Shown here piece by piece: positions 49,435 to 58,966 of a stretch of DNA of 64,000 bases. Origin of the DNA: Promethearchaeota archaeon. GTDB taxonomy: Archaea > Asgardarchaeota > Lokiarchaeia > Sigyniarchaeales > SOKP01. The DNA lies in NCBI GenBank assembly GCA_048937405.1, contig JBHLNF010000008.1, positions 64,001 through 128,000 on the forward strand. Reading direction: 5' to 3'. The notes beneath the pieces are model-generated. The model had not been told where the DNA came from. It searched no databases and saw nothing but the letters and a program-made list of their open reading frames with translations. Every line of letters starts with the position of its first letter. The first letter of the stretch is position 1. Made by a program: the position numbers and the translations under genes.

Positions 49435-50715
49435 ATGAGTAAAGATTTGAAAGATAAAATCAACGTTATTGAGAAAGAGTCTAAAACAAATGCACAATTA
49501 GAAGAACAGATCCATTCTTTAAAAGAAAAGATGGAGTATCAGAAATTTACAATAAAAGAACAGAAATTATTAATTGAAAATCTTCAAAGTCATATGAATA
49601 GTGAAGATCATGAAAAAGTAAAATTACCAAGTGAAATAGATCTTTTAAAAGATATTATTATTTCACAAAGAACAGAAATAGATAAAAAAAATTCTATAAT
49701 TGATAAATTAAATGATAAAATATTTGAAATAAATTCAGGATTAGATAGTTTTGAAAATTCACCTAGACAATATATTAATTCTGAAGAATTTCTCGAAGCT
49801 CAAAGATTAATTGTGAATTTAACCGATGAAAATGAACATTATAAAAATGATATTGAACATTTGAGGTCTCAATTAGAAAAATTGCAATCTGAAAAGAGTG
49901 AAATTGAGGAAATTATTGAAGATAAGACTAAAAATAAAATAAATGATGAATTGAATAATTTTAAAAGATTAAACTTCCAATTGATGGAAGAAAATGGATT
50001 ATTACGAGCAGAAATTGAAAAATTAAAAAATAGATTAAATGAACAACCCAAAATAATAGCTTCAGATGATTTAGTAATAGCAAATAATAAAATTGCTATT
50101 CTTTCCTCGGAAATAGAAGATCTTGAAGCACAAATTAAATATCTTCAAGAAAATAGTGATAAAAAAGATGAACCTGTAATTGTTTCAACTGAGGATGCAT
50201 TAGAATTAACTAAATTAAGAGAGGATTTTGAAGTTTCGAAAAATGAATTATTAGAATTACAAAAGGAAAATCAAAACCTTATGCAAATTATAGATAAGTT
50301 GAAAGAGGAGAAAAAAATGGATATACAAAAAATCAAAATTGATTTTCCCGAGGTTAAAGGATTATCAAAAAATATGAAACAATCTCTTTTTTTTAGAATG
50401 TATAGGTTCCTTGATGAAAATAATAGGCATAAGGTAATTAATTCTCTAATTCAAGATTTAAAAACAGGTAATACTCATATTAAAAAAAAATCAATAAAAA
50501 TTTTAACTGTTCTAAAAAATAAAAAAATTTATGATACATTTCTTGAAATGAGAAATGATAAAGATTGGATCGTAAGATATTTTATCATTAAGGCACTAAG
50601 CAAATTTGAAGATAAGAATAATGAGTTAAAACAGATTTTCCAAAACTCCTTAAATGATGTAGATGTTGATGTTAGAGAATTAGCAATGAAAATTTTAGAA
50701 AATTTTCCCAAATGA
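49435..50715 (+). CDS. Long coiled-coil protein with C-terminal HEAT repeats
   Basis: Heptad-rich first ~300 aa; DKDWIVRYFIIKAL and DVDVDVRELAMKIL. Confidence 0.75.
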   Translation: MSKDLKDKINVIEKESKTNAQLEEQIHSLKEKMEYQKFTIKEQKLLIENLQSHMNSEDHEKVKLPSEIDLLKDIIISQRTEIDKKNSIIDKLNDKIFEINSGLDSFENSPRQYINSEEFLEAQRLIVNLTDENEHYKNDIEHLRSQLEKLQSEKSEIEEIIEDKTKNKINDELNNFKRLNFQLMEENGLLRAEIEKLKNRLNEQPKIIASDDLVIANNKIAILSSEIEDLEAQIKYLQENSDKKDEPVIVSTEDALELTKLREDFEVSKNELLELQKENQNLMQIIDKLKEEKKMDIQKIKIDFPEVKGLSKNMKQSLFFRMYRFLDENNRHKVINSLIQDLKTGNTHIKKKSIKILTVLKNKKIYDTFLEMRNDKDWIVRYFIIKALSKFEDKNNELKQIFQNSLNDVDVDVRELAMKILENFPK

Positions 50716-50813
50716 AAAATAAAATTGACAGATCTGTAAAATTTTGCTAAACGTATTCATAAGTCATTATTCTTTGAATAAACTATAGAACTTCTCTAAA
50801 TTGATTATTAATA

Positions 50814-51077
50814 ATGGGACGAAGATTATTCACAGTCAATAGATGGAATTGGAGTCAAAAAGCAAAGAAATGGGTTTTTGTTGAAATAACTAAGACTGGT
50901 AAGAAAAAGTATCATTATCAAGTAGAACCACCTAAAGAATTTATTAAATTAACGATACAAATGAAAGAGTTAAATGAAAAATTATCAAAGATAACAGATC
51001 CAGAAGAAAATGCTAAAATTTTTGACGAATTGATGAAAATTTCTCAAAAAATGCAAGATATGGGAAAAATTGGTTAA
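50814..51077 (+). CDS. Hypothetical protein
   Basis: 87-aa ORF with a Trp-rich N terminus. Confidence 0.6.
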   Translation: MGRRLFTVNRWNWSQKAKKWVFVEITKTGKKKYHYQVEPPKEFIKLTIQMKELNEKLSKITDPEENAKIFDELMKISQKMQDMGKIG

Positions 51078-51814
51078 ATATAGTTTTTAAGTTCTTTTCT
51101 TGAAAATTTATCTGCTAAATAGAGAGGTTCAGGTTGTCTATGATTTTTTGTAGTTATCAAACAAATCTCTAAGGCTAAGTTAAGTGAAATTTTATATCCC
51201 TCACTAATAAATACAGGTTTACTACCATCATTTAAGCATACGGCATATCCTAAAAAATCATTTAATTTTTCTTTGCATAAGTCTTTAGGGATTTTAGCCC
51301 ATATTGGAGATTTATTTCCTTTAACCCTTTCTATTTTTTGCCAATCTGAAAATCCTATAAATGCATTTTTTGCAACTCCCATGCTAGGAATATCTAAAGC
51401 ATTACCTAAATGAACTGCTTCGCCGAATCTTCTAGGATGGATTTTTCCATGACCATCACACATTATTAAATTAGGTTTATTTGGAACTTTTGAAATTACT
51501 TTAGCTAATAATTTGCATTCTCTGAAACCTAAAAAACCTGGCTTATAAGGAAATTTAATAATATCTTTAGCAAAAAAAGTATTTTCCTGCAGATTTTCTT
51601 TTAAATTCCAAACTACGGCACAAGCTATACCATATTCATTATTTCTTTCTTTAAAATATGATATATCAACCCCAACAATAGTATTTATGAGATTTTTGTT
51701 AGTAATATATTTATGATCTGAGGCTTTTTTCATTAAGTTTTGATATTTAATTTGGATTGCTTCTGCTTGTTCAAATGAATAATTATCTTTCAATAGTTCT
51801 TGAATAATCGTCAT
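51074..51814 (-). CDS. nfi: Endonuclease V
   Basis: GVDISY, FPYKPGFLGFRE, DGHGKIHPRRFG, GVAK, PEPLYLAD. Confidence 0.93.
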   Translation of the reverse strand: MTIIQELLKDNYSFEQAEAIQIKYQNLMKKASDHKYITNKNLINTIVGVDISYFKERNNEYGIACAVVWNLKENLQENTFFAKDIIKFPYKPGFLGFRECKLLAKVISKVPNKPNLIMCDGHGKIHPRRFGEAVHLGNALDIPSMGVAKNAFIGFSDWQKIERVKGNKSPIWAKIPKDLCKEKLNDFLGYAVCLNDGSKPVFISEGYKISLNLALEICLITTKNHRQPEPLYLADKFSRKELKNYI

Positions 51815-51979
51815 TCTTGAAGAGAAATTTTATATGTCTTATTTATTATTAAATTTAGATGGTTTATTATTATTCTAATTTAAATATTTATTCTTATTTT
51901 TTTAAATTTATAAAAAAAAGATTTAACTTATCTTGATTTCTTATAAATTTATAATCTCAATTAATTTGGTGTTCTTTCT

Positions 51980-52783
51980 ATGAAAATAGCTGTATCAGGT
52001 AAGGGAGGAGTCGGAAAAACATTAGTTGCTGGGATTTTAGCGAGAATGTTTGCAAAAGATGGTTTTAAGGTTCTTGCAATCGATAATGATTCAGCAATGA
52101 ATCTGAGTTATACATTGGGTATTGATAAACAAACTAAAGAAAAAATCATCCCGATTAAAGAAATGAAATCAATGATTGAAGAAAGAACACTTGTGGATGG
52201 TGCAGGTCCAGGAGTTTATAATATAAATCCAGAAGTATCGGATATTCCTGATAAATATAAAGTATCAGGTCCAGATGGCTTACAATTATTGGTTTTAGGA
52301 GGAATAGAAGAACCAGCAACAGGTTGTTTGTGTCCTGAAAATGCTTTAATAAGAACTCTATTGTATAATCTATTTGTTAAAAGAAATGAAGTTATAATTG
52401 TAGATTTTGAAGCGGGAATTGAACATTTAGGACGAGGGACAGCAAAAGGAATTGATTTAATGGTAGTAATTACAGAACCTTCTCAAAAATCATTAGATCT
52501 CTGCAAGAAAATAATTGAACTTTCAAAAAAATTGGGAGTAATAAACATTTATTTAATAGCCAATAAAATAACTGATGAGAGCCAAAAAAATATAATAAAT
52601 CAAAAAATAAAAAACTGGGACGTTCCACTTTATCATTCAATTCCTTTTGACTCAGATATAGGAAAAGCTGATTTAGAAGGTAAATCTCCAATTGATTTTA
52701 ACTCAAATTCAAAAGCAATTTTATCAATTAATTCTCTTTACCAAAAATTGAAAAAACTAAAACAAGAATTATTTGATTTATAA
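51980..52783 (+). CDS. cooC: CooC-type nickel-insertion ATPase
   Basis: GKGGVGKT, GCLCPE, DFEAGIEHLGRGT. Confidence 0.9.
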   Translation: MKIAVSGKGGVGKTLVAGILARMFAKDGFKVLAIDNDSAMNLSYTLGIDKQTKEKIIPIKEMKSMIEERTLVDGAGPGVYNINPEVSDIPDKYKVSGPDGLQLLVLGGIEEPATGCLCPENALIRTLLYNLFVKRNEVIIVDFEAGIEHLGRGTAKGIDLMVVITEPSQKSLDLCKKIIELSKKLGVINIYLIANKITDESQKNIINQKIKNWDVPLYHSIPFDSDIGKADLEGKSPIDFNSNSKAILSINSLYQKLKKLKQELFDL

Positions 52784-52788
52784 TAGCT

Positions 52789-53031
52789 TTAGATTATATC
52801 TGTAAGATCTAAATCTTGTTCTTCCGCAAGTTCCTTCCATTGTTCTATTGCAACTAATGCATCTTTTTCGTCCATCATCTCAATAGCATAACCAGCATGA
52901 ACAACTACATACTTTCCTATTTCAGGATTTTGTATTAATGCAATAATTACATTTTGTTTAATCCCATCAAAATCTACTAAGGCAGAATTCTGATCGATTT
53001 CTAAGATCTTTCCTGGAATTGCTAAACACAT
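52789..53031 (-). CDS. hypC: Hydrogenase maturation chaperone HypC
   Basis: MCLAIPG and VVHAGYAI. Confidence 0.95.
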   Translation of the reverse strand: MCLAIPGKILEIDQNSALVDFDGIKQNVIIALIQNPEIGKYVVVHAGYAIEMMDEKDALVAIEQWKELAEEQDLDLTDII

Positions 53032-53135
53032 ATGAAATCTCTAAATAGAACGTAATAAGTAATTTCAATAATTGTTTTAAATAATTAAAATTATTCCTTT
53101 TCAAAATTAAATATTTTATGATTTTTAAAAAATAA

Positions 53136-53942
53136 TTAATTTTTTGATGGTTTGCCTGAGTAAAAGTCGATTAAATCATCCAACCAATTGAAAATTTCCT
53201 CTTTATTCAAATTGTCAATATTAAACTTCAATCTCTCTAACTCTCTAACAATATTTTTGACATCTAAAGGAACTGATTTTTGACAGAGTTCAAACATAAA
53301 CTCATTACTTTTAGATACTATAGATTTTATTTCAGTATCCATAGGGTCAAACATTGGCGTGTTATCGATTTCATCCACGCTTCTATCAAAATCTACAAGA
53401 AGATTTATTAAATCAAAAAGTCTTCCTGTTTCATTTCCCTTAAATGCTTTGTTAAATTGAAAGTAGTATCCTTTGTAATCATCAATTGGGATTAATTCTG
53501 AATATTGATTAGCTATTTTAATTACAGATTTGAAATGTTTATAAAGATTTGATGGAGACCATGAATATATATCAAAACTCGTTTCTACTTCGTTACTTTG
53601 TATATCTAAATTAAATATATGTTCATCTTTAAAATAACCAAAGGGAATAATAACGAAATCTAATGAATTTGTAGGATTGTTTATCAAATTAAAAGTCAAA
53701 TCATTAATTGTATATGTCTGATCAATTGAATGTTTGTATAAATCAAACTTTACTTTTTTAATATCTGATTTGTACATATAGAATAACAATCCTTCAAATC
53801 CTTGAAGACTAAATTCTATTGAAAAATTGATTAGCTTTCTACTCTGCGTATTATTATTATTAAATCTTGCATTAAGAAACAGATGATAATAATTTTCAAG
53901 ATGTTGAAAAAACCATGGAGCATCTCGCTTTAAATTAAACAT
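53136..53942 (-). CDS. Hypothetical protein
   Basis: 268-aa ORF; no motif recognised. Confidence 0.6.
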   Translation of the reverse strand: MFNLKRDAPWFFQHLENYYHLFLNARFNNNNTQSRKLINFSIEFSLQGFEGLLFYMYKSDIKKVKFDLYKHSIDQTYTINDLTFNLINNPTNSLDFVIIPFGYFKDEHIFNLDIQSNEVETSFDIYSWSPSNLYKHFKSVIKIANQYSELIPIDDYKGYYFQFNKAFKGNETGRLFDLINLLVDFDRSVDEIDNTPMFDPMDTEIKSIVSKSNEFMFELCQKSVPLDVKNIVRELERLKFNIDNLNKEEIFNWLDDLIDFYSGKPSKN

Positions 53943-54105
53943 AATTATTATAACTCCATTTTGTTTTTATTCTTTTAGTTAGATAATAAATTCTTAGATA
54001 AATACAAATAAAATATTCCAAATAATTTAATGACTCTTTATTATATAAATCTTATAGCTATGGTATACTAAAAGAAGAAATACTCAGAAAACTAAATTAA
54101 CTTAA

Positions 54106-54414
54106 TTAGTTAAAATATTCTTCATCATGTTTTTTTTCTTTTTTTTTTTTAGAAGAGTCAAAAAATAAAGATTTTTTGAAATCAAACTCAATTTTTCGAA
54201 GGGTATCTTGTAGCTCTAAGGTATCATAATCTTTCATAAGTAAATCTATCAGACCATTTTTTAAAGCCTCTAAATTATCGACTCCACATTTATAATAGAC
54301 GTTATCTGGGTCTAAACTAATATTCAAAACTTCAAATAACCCATAAAGGGCATCTTTCACTTTATCGTAATAATCCCAAGGATCCTCATTCGAATCATCG
54401 TCTGAATCACACAT
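54106..54414 (-). CDS. Hypothetical acidic protein
   Basis: 102-aa ORF; no motif recognised. Confidence 0.55.
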   Translation of the reverse strand: MCDSDDDSNEDPWDYYDKVKDALYGLFEVLNISLDPDNVYYKCGVDNLEALKNGLIDLLMKDYDTLELQDTLRKIEFDFKKSLFFDSSKKKKEKKHDEEYFN

Positions 54415-54627
54415 ATTTTATCAATAAGGTTGAGTTGTAAATGCTATATAAAAATTTTTCGAAAATATTAAAAGATACATATTTAAATCCTTTTTGAAAA
54501 GAAATTTAAATTTACCTTAAATCAAATTAAAAGTGTAAATTCATGGCTTTTAAATTAAGAAAATTACCTAGATATCAAAATGAAAAGTATAAAATATAAA
54601 AAAATAAAAAAAATTTTAGATATTAGC

Positions 54628-55509
54628 TTAAAGATTTTCAATAGCTGTATTTCTTCTAGTTCGATGGTTTTTTAAACCAATTTCCTCAGAACTTACACCC
54701 ATTGCTAAAGCTAACAATTCAGTTACATATAATACTGGAATATTATATTCAGATTCAAATTTCTTTGAAAGATTTCGCTGTTCACCATCTAATCGTTGAA
54801 AACACGCTGGACAGTTTACAACAATACAATTAGCGCCAGCTTTTTTAATCGAATCAAGTTTTTGTTTCAATATTGCATCTCCATGTTCTGGATAAGGTCC
54901 AGCAACAGCATTTCCACAACAAAGTCCCAATTCTTCGTAATCAACCACATTAGCTCCCGAAGCAGCGACAATTTCTTTCAAATTTTTTGGACGTAGAGGA
55001 TCATCAGAATCCATCCATTCAACAGGTCTCATGTAATGACAACCTGGGTGACAAGCAACCTTTAGATTACTCATTTGCTTTGTAATTCCACCTTTTATTG
55101 CATCTAATTTTGATAATAAAACATCAACAAAATGCTTTACATCAATGGAACCTTTATATTCCTTTCCAATCTTAGCCAATTCTTTGTTAATGGCTTCTTT
55201 TTTATTGGAATCATGCTTTAATTGATGCTGTACTCCACGAAGTGTATTAGTACAACCATTGCAGAGTGAAATTATATCTTTACCTTCAGCTTCGGCCAAA
55301 CATAAATTTCGGGCACCTAAAGCTAACCAAGTGGTATTATCAAAACTTTTTACTCCAGTAGGATCTGGACAACATGCAAAAGGAGCTTGTGAAGTTTGAA
55401 CTCCAATTTTATCTAAAACTTTTCTAGAAGCTGCTTCAATAAATGGAATTCTGTTTCCAATAGTACAACCTTCAAACATTTTATATTCTGCCATTTTGTT
55501 TTCCTCCAT
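54628..55509 (-). CDS. hdrB: Heterodisulfide reductase subunit B
   Basis: Two CCG-type domains: GCT...CCP...CNGC and HPGCH...CCG...CPAC. Confidence 0.93.
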   Translation of the reverse strand: MEENKMAEYKMFEGCTIGNRIPFIEAASRKVLDKIGVQTSQAPFACCPDPTGVKSFDNTTWLALGARNLCLAEAEGKDIISLCNGCTNTLRGVQHQLKHDSNKKEAINKELAKIGKEYKGSIDVKHFVDVLLSKLDAIKGGITKQMSNLKVACHPGCHYMRPVEWMDSDDPLRPKNLKEIVAASGANVVDYEELGLCCGNAVAGPYPEHGDAILKQKLDSIKKAGANCIVVNCPACFQRLDGEQRNLSKKFESEYNIPVLYVTELLALAMGVSSEEIGLKNHRTRRNTAIENL

Positions 55510-56042
55510 TATAATTTTTTATCAGCACCTACTGCTTTTAATAAAGTTTGAATTTCATTAACATCTGGTTCAACAACACTTGGTAAGCCTAATTGCTCAC
55601 GTCTTCTCTCGATAGCTGGTTGAGATGGAATTGCTTTCCCACTTTCAAATACTGTTTTTGCTTGAGCTACAATATTATCAGGTGCCAATCCAGCTCCTGT
55701 TGTAACGTTTTTTGCTAATGTTATTATTTCCGTAACTTCAATCGCCTGAGGACAAACTGTATCACAAGTATCGCACACTGTACAACCCCATGGTATGATT
55801 GCAGATTTTGTACCTGCTAACATCATTACTACATCTTTATATCCTAAAAGAGTTCCTAAAACAATTAATCTAGGATCAAAAACATTTTCATAAAAAGGAT
55901 TAGCTACAGAAGCGACAGGACAGTTATCCGTACATCTATTACATTGATAGCAGTATTTGATTTTATCAGATCCAATATGAACATCCATTATTAATTTCCT
56001 AAATTCAAAATCTATACCTACCGGTAATGCCATTTTTTTCAC
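55509..56042 (-). CDS. hdrC: Heterodisulfide reductase subunit C
   Basis: CYQCNRCTDNCP and CTVCDTCDTVCP; stop overlaps the hdrB start (TAATG). ATG at 56033 is an alternative start. Confidence 0.9.
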   Translation of the reverse strand: MKKMALPVGIDFEFRKLIMDVHIGSDKIKYCYQCNRCTDNCPVASVANPFYENVFDPRLIVLGTLLGYKDVVMMLAGTKSAIIPWGCTVCDTCDTVCPQAIEVTEIITLAKNVTTGAGLAPDNIVAQAKTVFESGKAIPSQPAIERRREQLGLPSVVEPDVNEIQTLLKAVGADKKL

Positions 56043-56104
56043 GTTTTTTTTTGAGTTATTTTCATTTCATTTTTACTTAATTTTTATTGGTTTTAACCCA
56101 TGCA

Positions 56105-56152
56105 AGGGCAGTCATATCCAATCTATTATTTTTATTGGATAGTTCATCCTAA
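56105..56152 (-). promoter_or_regulatory. Eukaryote-like SECIS element of vhuU
   Basis: Minus-strand RNA: AUGAA-C-UAUCCAAU-AAAAAUAAUAG-AUUGGAUA-UGAC. AUGA...GA core, perfect 8-bp helix and A-rich apical loop directly after a UGA-containing gene. Confidence 0.8.
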
Positions 56153-56293
56153 ACCAACATTTAGCTCACGAGAGTAAATTTCTTTACCCCTCTCATCAAC
56201 AACAGTGATGTGAGCGGCACATGATAGTCAACAATCATAACAACGAACTATCATTTCTAAGACATTTACTACTCCTTCTGGTATATCACTCAT
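56144..56293 (-). CDS. vhuU: Selenocysteine-containing small subunit VhuU of the F420-non-reducing [NiFeSe] hydrogenase (not in the ORF track)
   Basis: MSDIPEGVVNVLEMIVRCYDC-U-LSCAAHITVVDERGKEIYSRELNVGLG*; in-frame TGA at 56230-56228 sits at the first Ni-ligand position of the L2 motif that the upstream large subunit lacks. Confidence 0.93.
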
Positions 56294-56330
56294 TTTTTTT
56301 ATTCACACTCTATATTAATTTTGAATTAGT

Positions 56331-57638
56331 CTATTTAATCCATGGATCTGGTAATTTTAATCCATCCAAAGCTTTATCTTCAAATACTTGTTTCGCGGAG
56401 TGCATTAAGGACTTTTCGATTCCTGCGATGTTATGATTAGTAGCTACTAAAAGATTCAGTTTCTTACAAATACCTTGAGCATCGGACCAAATGTTATATA
56501 GGAGAAGACCTCGTGGAGCTTCTGTAACTCCAACACCATTTCCTTCTCTTGGTTGGACATCGAGTGTTTTGCAGTCAGGATTCACAATATCAGGATCTTT
56601 GAGTAATGTAGCAATCATCTCAATTGATTCTACCATTTCAATTATTCTCGCCCAGTGATATGCAAAAGTATGATGAATTACATTTGTTCCTATCTTTTCT
56701 CTCATTGCCTTTAATGCTGCATCAGCTAATGGCGTAGCCATTTTATCAGCACAATTAATCATTGCTAAAGTATTCGCACGATAAATACCCTCAGGGTATC
56801 CTGCTGGCTTATAGTACATATGAGTAGCATAAGAATGCTTAGGAATGTGTTCTCCAAGTGCTTCCAGATAATTCTGAGGTTTATAATCAAATTTTTCTCC
56901 GGTTGGAGATACAATTCTGATATCACCGTCATAAATATCATGAACACCATTTTTAGTTAATCCTACATAATAAGTAGGTACCACAGCAACATTAGCTACA
57001 ACATCCCAATAATCCTCAACTACTTTTAAAGCTATCTCAACTGTTTTCTTTGTAAATTCTATTTGTTCATCAATTACTTTTAAGAATTTGTCACGCACAT
57101 CTTCATCTAAAGGCTTTTTCATCCCTCCAACTATAGCAGCTATTGGATGAACAGCTTTGCCACCAACTGCAGCACATAATTTCTGACCGAAATCCATCAT
57201 CTTTAATGCCATAGCTCCAACATCAGGCATTTTATTAATTACATGAACGACATTTCTTAAAGCTGGATCTGCAAAAGGTCCTAATAAGAAATCAGGAGCT
57301 GCAAGAGCATAGAAATGAATCACGTGCGATGAATATTGTTTTGCATTTATTAATAATTGACGCAATTTATATGCGGGAGTAGGAATCTGAACACCCCAAG
57401 CATCTTCTACAGCCTTAGTGGGTGTTAAATGATGTGGAATTGGACAAATACCACAAATTCTTGGAGTAATTCGAGGTACATGTTCGCAATAACGTCCCTC
57501 AACAAATTTCTCAAAAAATCTTGTTGACTGAATATTGAACTGAACATCCTTTACTGTACCATCATCCCCAAGTACTATTCTCAACCCACCATGACCTTCT
57601 AATCGAGTAACAGGTTCTACTTCTATTTCTTTCACCAT
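56331..57638 (-). CDS. vhuA: F420-non-reducing hydrogenase large subunit, split form
   Basis: VTRLEGHG, L1 motif RICGICPIPH, EAPRG; ends without the C-terminal DPCxxCxxH motif. Confidence 0.93.
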   Translation of the reverse strand: MVKEIEVEPVTRLEGHGGLRIVLGDDGTVKDVQFNIQSTRFFEKFVEGRYCEHVPRITPRICGICPIPHHLTPTKAVEDAWGVQIPTPAYKLRQLLINAKQYSSHVIHFYALAAPDFLLGPFADPALRNVVHVINKMPDVGAMALKMMDFGQKLCAAVGGKAVHPIAAIVGGMKKPLDEDVRDKFLKVIDEQIEFTKKTVEIALKVVEDYWDVVANVAVVPTYYVGLTKNGVHDIYDGDIRIVSPTGEKFDYKPQNYLEALGEHIPKHSYATHMYYKPAGYPEGIYRANTLAMINCADKMATPLADAALKAMREKIGTNVIHHTFAYHWARIIEMVESIEMIATLLKDPDIVNPDCKTLDVQPREGNGVGVTEAPRGLLLYNIWSDAQGICKKLNLLVATNHNIAGIEKSLMHSAKQVFEDKALDGLKLPDPWIK

Positions 57639-57640
57639 TA

Positions 57641-58966
57641 TTACATACCTCCTTTTCTTGATGCTAATGTAAATTTTTCAAACGTACCAACAGGATCTTT
57701 AACTTGGGAAAGTAATTCCTCTTTCGATAAACTTACGTTAAATCCCTTTAGTACTGTATCAGCAAACCTCTCTGCTTGATTAACACCCCATTTGGTTTGA
57801 CCATAACAGCCTGAACATGGAGCATTAACTTTAATGCATAAGGCACCACAGCCAGCTTGAGTTACAGGACCCATACAAATATAACCTTGTTCAAGTAAAC
57901 AATCTTCCATATTTGGTAGTCCTTCATAATCTCGTTTAACTCTTGTCATTGTAGATTTACTTCCAATGATTCTTGGACATGTATCACAGACATTTGATAT
58001 TTCATGGAAATCGGGATTATCTCTTAAAAAGCTCATTAAATTCGAAGCAATTTCCTCAGTTGTAGGGGGAAGATTTGCTAATTGTGTCTCTGGTGCACCA
58101 CGTTTCTTTATTTGTTTTATAATATCACCAGCAAGATCAAAACCAGCCATTAAAGGAAGATTTAAAAACAGGGGTAAAAATTCAAAAATACTCTTTTTAT
58201 CTCCTGAACTTATGGCTCCAAGATTTTTTGTCATACTATTTAATTTTTCAGCTCTGACACCCACAGTTTTAGCTGGTCCCATACAACCTAAACATGGAGA
58301 TCCATTATTTGGACATTTCATTGAACATCCCATGCTTGTAATTGGTCCAAAACACAATTTACCTGCATCTAATAGACATCCAGATTGATTTAACGCACAA
58401 TCATTACAAAATGCCAAATTATTCATAGGGAATGGCTTTTGCCCGAGTAAAAACCCAATTGCACTATATATTTGTTGTGATTTTGGAGGACAACCAGATA
58501 TATATGCATCCACTTTGATTACCCTATCTACGGGTACAATCTTAGATTCAAAACCAGGAACATGTTCCGTTGGTTCTCCACCACTTTCATCTGCAATACT
58601 CTCTACTTGTGAGAATTTCCTGTCAATTAATTCTTGTATATCCCATTGGTTAGCTAATCCATGCACATTTCCATAACATGAACAACTACCAAAAGCTACA
58701 ATAATAGCACATTTTTGACGCATTAGCTTTGTACCTTCAACATCTTGTTTAGTTCGAAGGCTTCCTTCTATGAATCCAACGACAATTTCACCGTCTTCTC
58801 TAGCTTCCAATGAATCATACTTGAAATCGACTACTGCTGGCCAATAGACAATCTCTAACGCGGGCAAGACTGGCAAAAGGGCTAAATGTAAGTCAACTAA
58901 ACTCTGATGACAGCCCCAACAGTCACTATTTTGCCAAAATGCGACCTTAACAGGTATAGAGATCAC
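57641..58966 (-). CDS. vhuG: F420-non-reducing hydrogenase small subunit with a duplicated C-terminal Fe-S module
   Basis: CWGC, FGSC, SGCPP proximal ligands, then two copies of CxxC...CLL...CxGPxTxxGCxxxC...PCxGCxG. Confidence 0.9.
   Translation of the reverse strand: MISIPVKVAFWQNSDCWGCHQSLVDLHLALLPVLPALEIVYWPAVVDFKYDSLEAREDGEIVVGFIEGSLRTKQDVEGTKLMRQKCAIIVAFGSCSCYGNVHGLANQWDIQELIDRKFSQVESIADESGGEPTEHVPGFESKIVPVDRVIKVDAYISGCPPKSQQIYSAIGFLLGQKPFPMNNLAFCNDCALNQSGCLLDAGKLCFGPITSMGCSMKCPNNGSPCLGCMGPAKTVGVRAEKLNSMTKNLGAISSGDKKSIFEFLPLFLNLPLMAGFDLAGDIIKQIKKRGAPETQLANLPPTTEEIASNLMSFLRDNPDFHEISNVCDTCPRIIGSKSTMTRVKRDYEGLPNMEDCLLEQGYICMGPVTQAGCGALCIKVNAPCSGCYGQTKWGVNQAERFADTVLKGFNVSLSKEELLSQVKDPVGTFEKFTLASRKGGM

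Noticed and set aside
56132-56146. Second Sec at the terminal UGA of vhuU
   Set aside because: The codon is inside the SECIS itself, and readthrough would add only U-T-I-Q to a tail expected to be cleaved during maturation.
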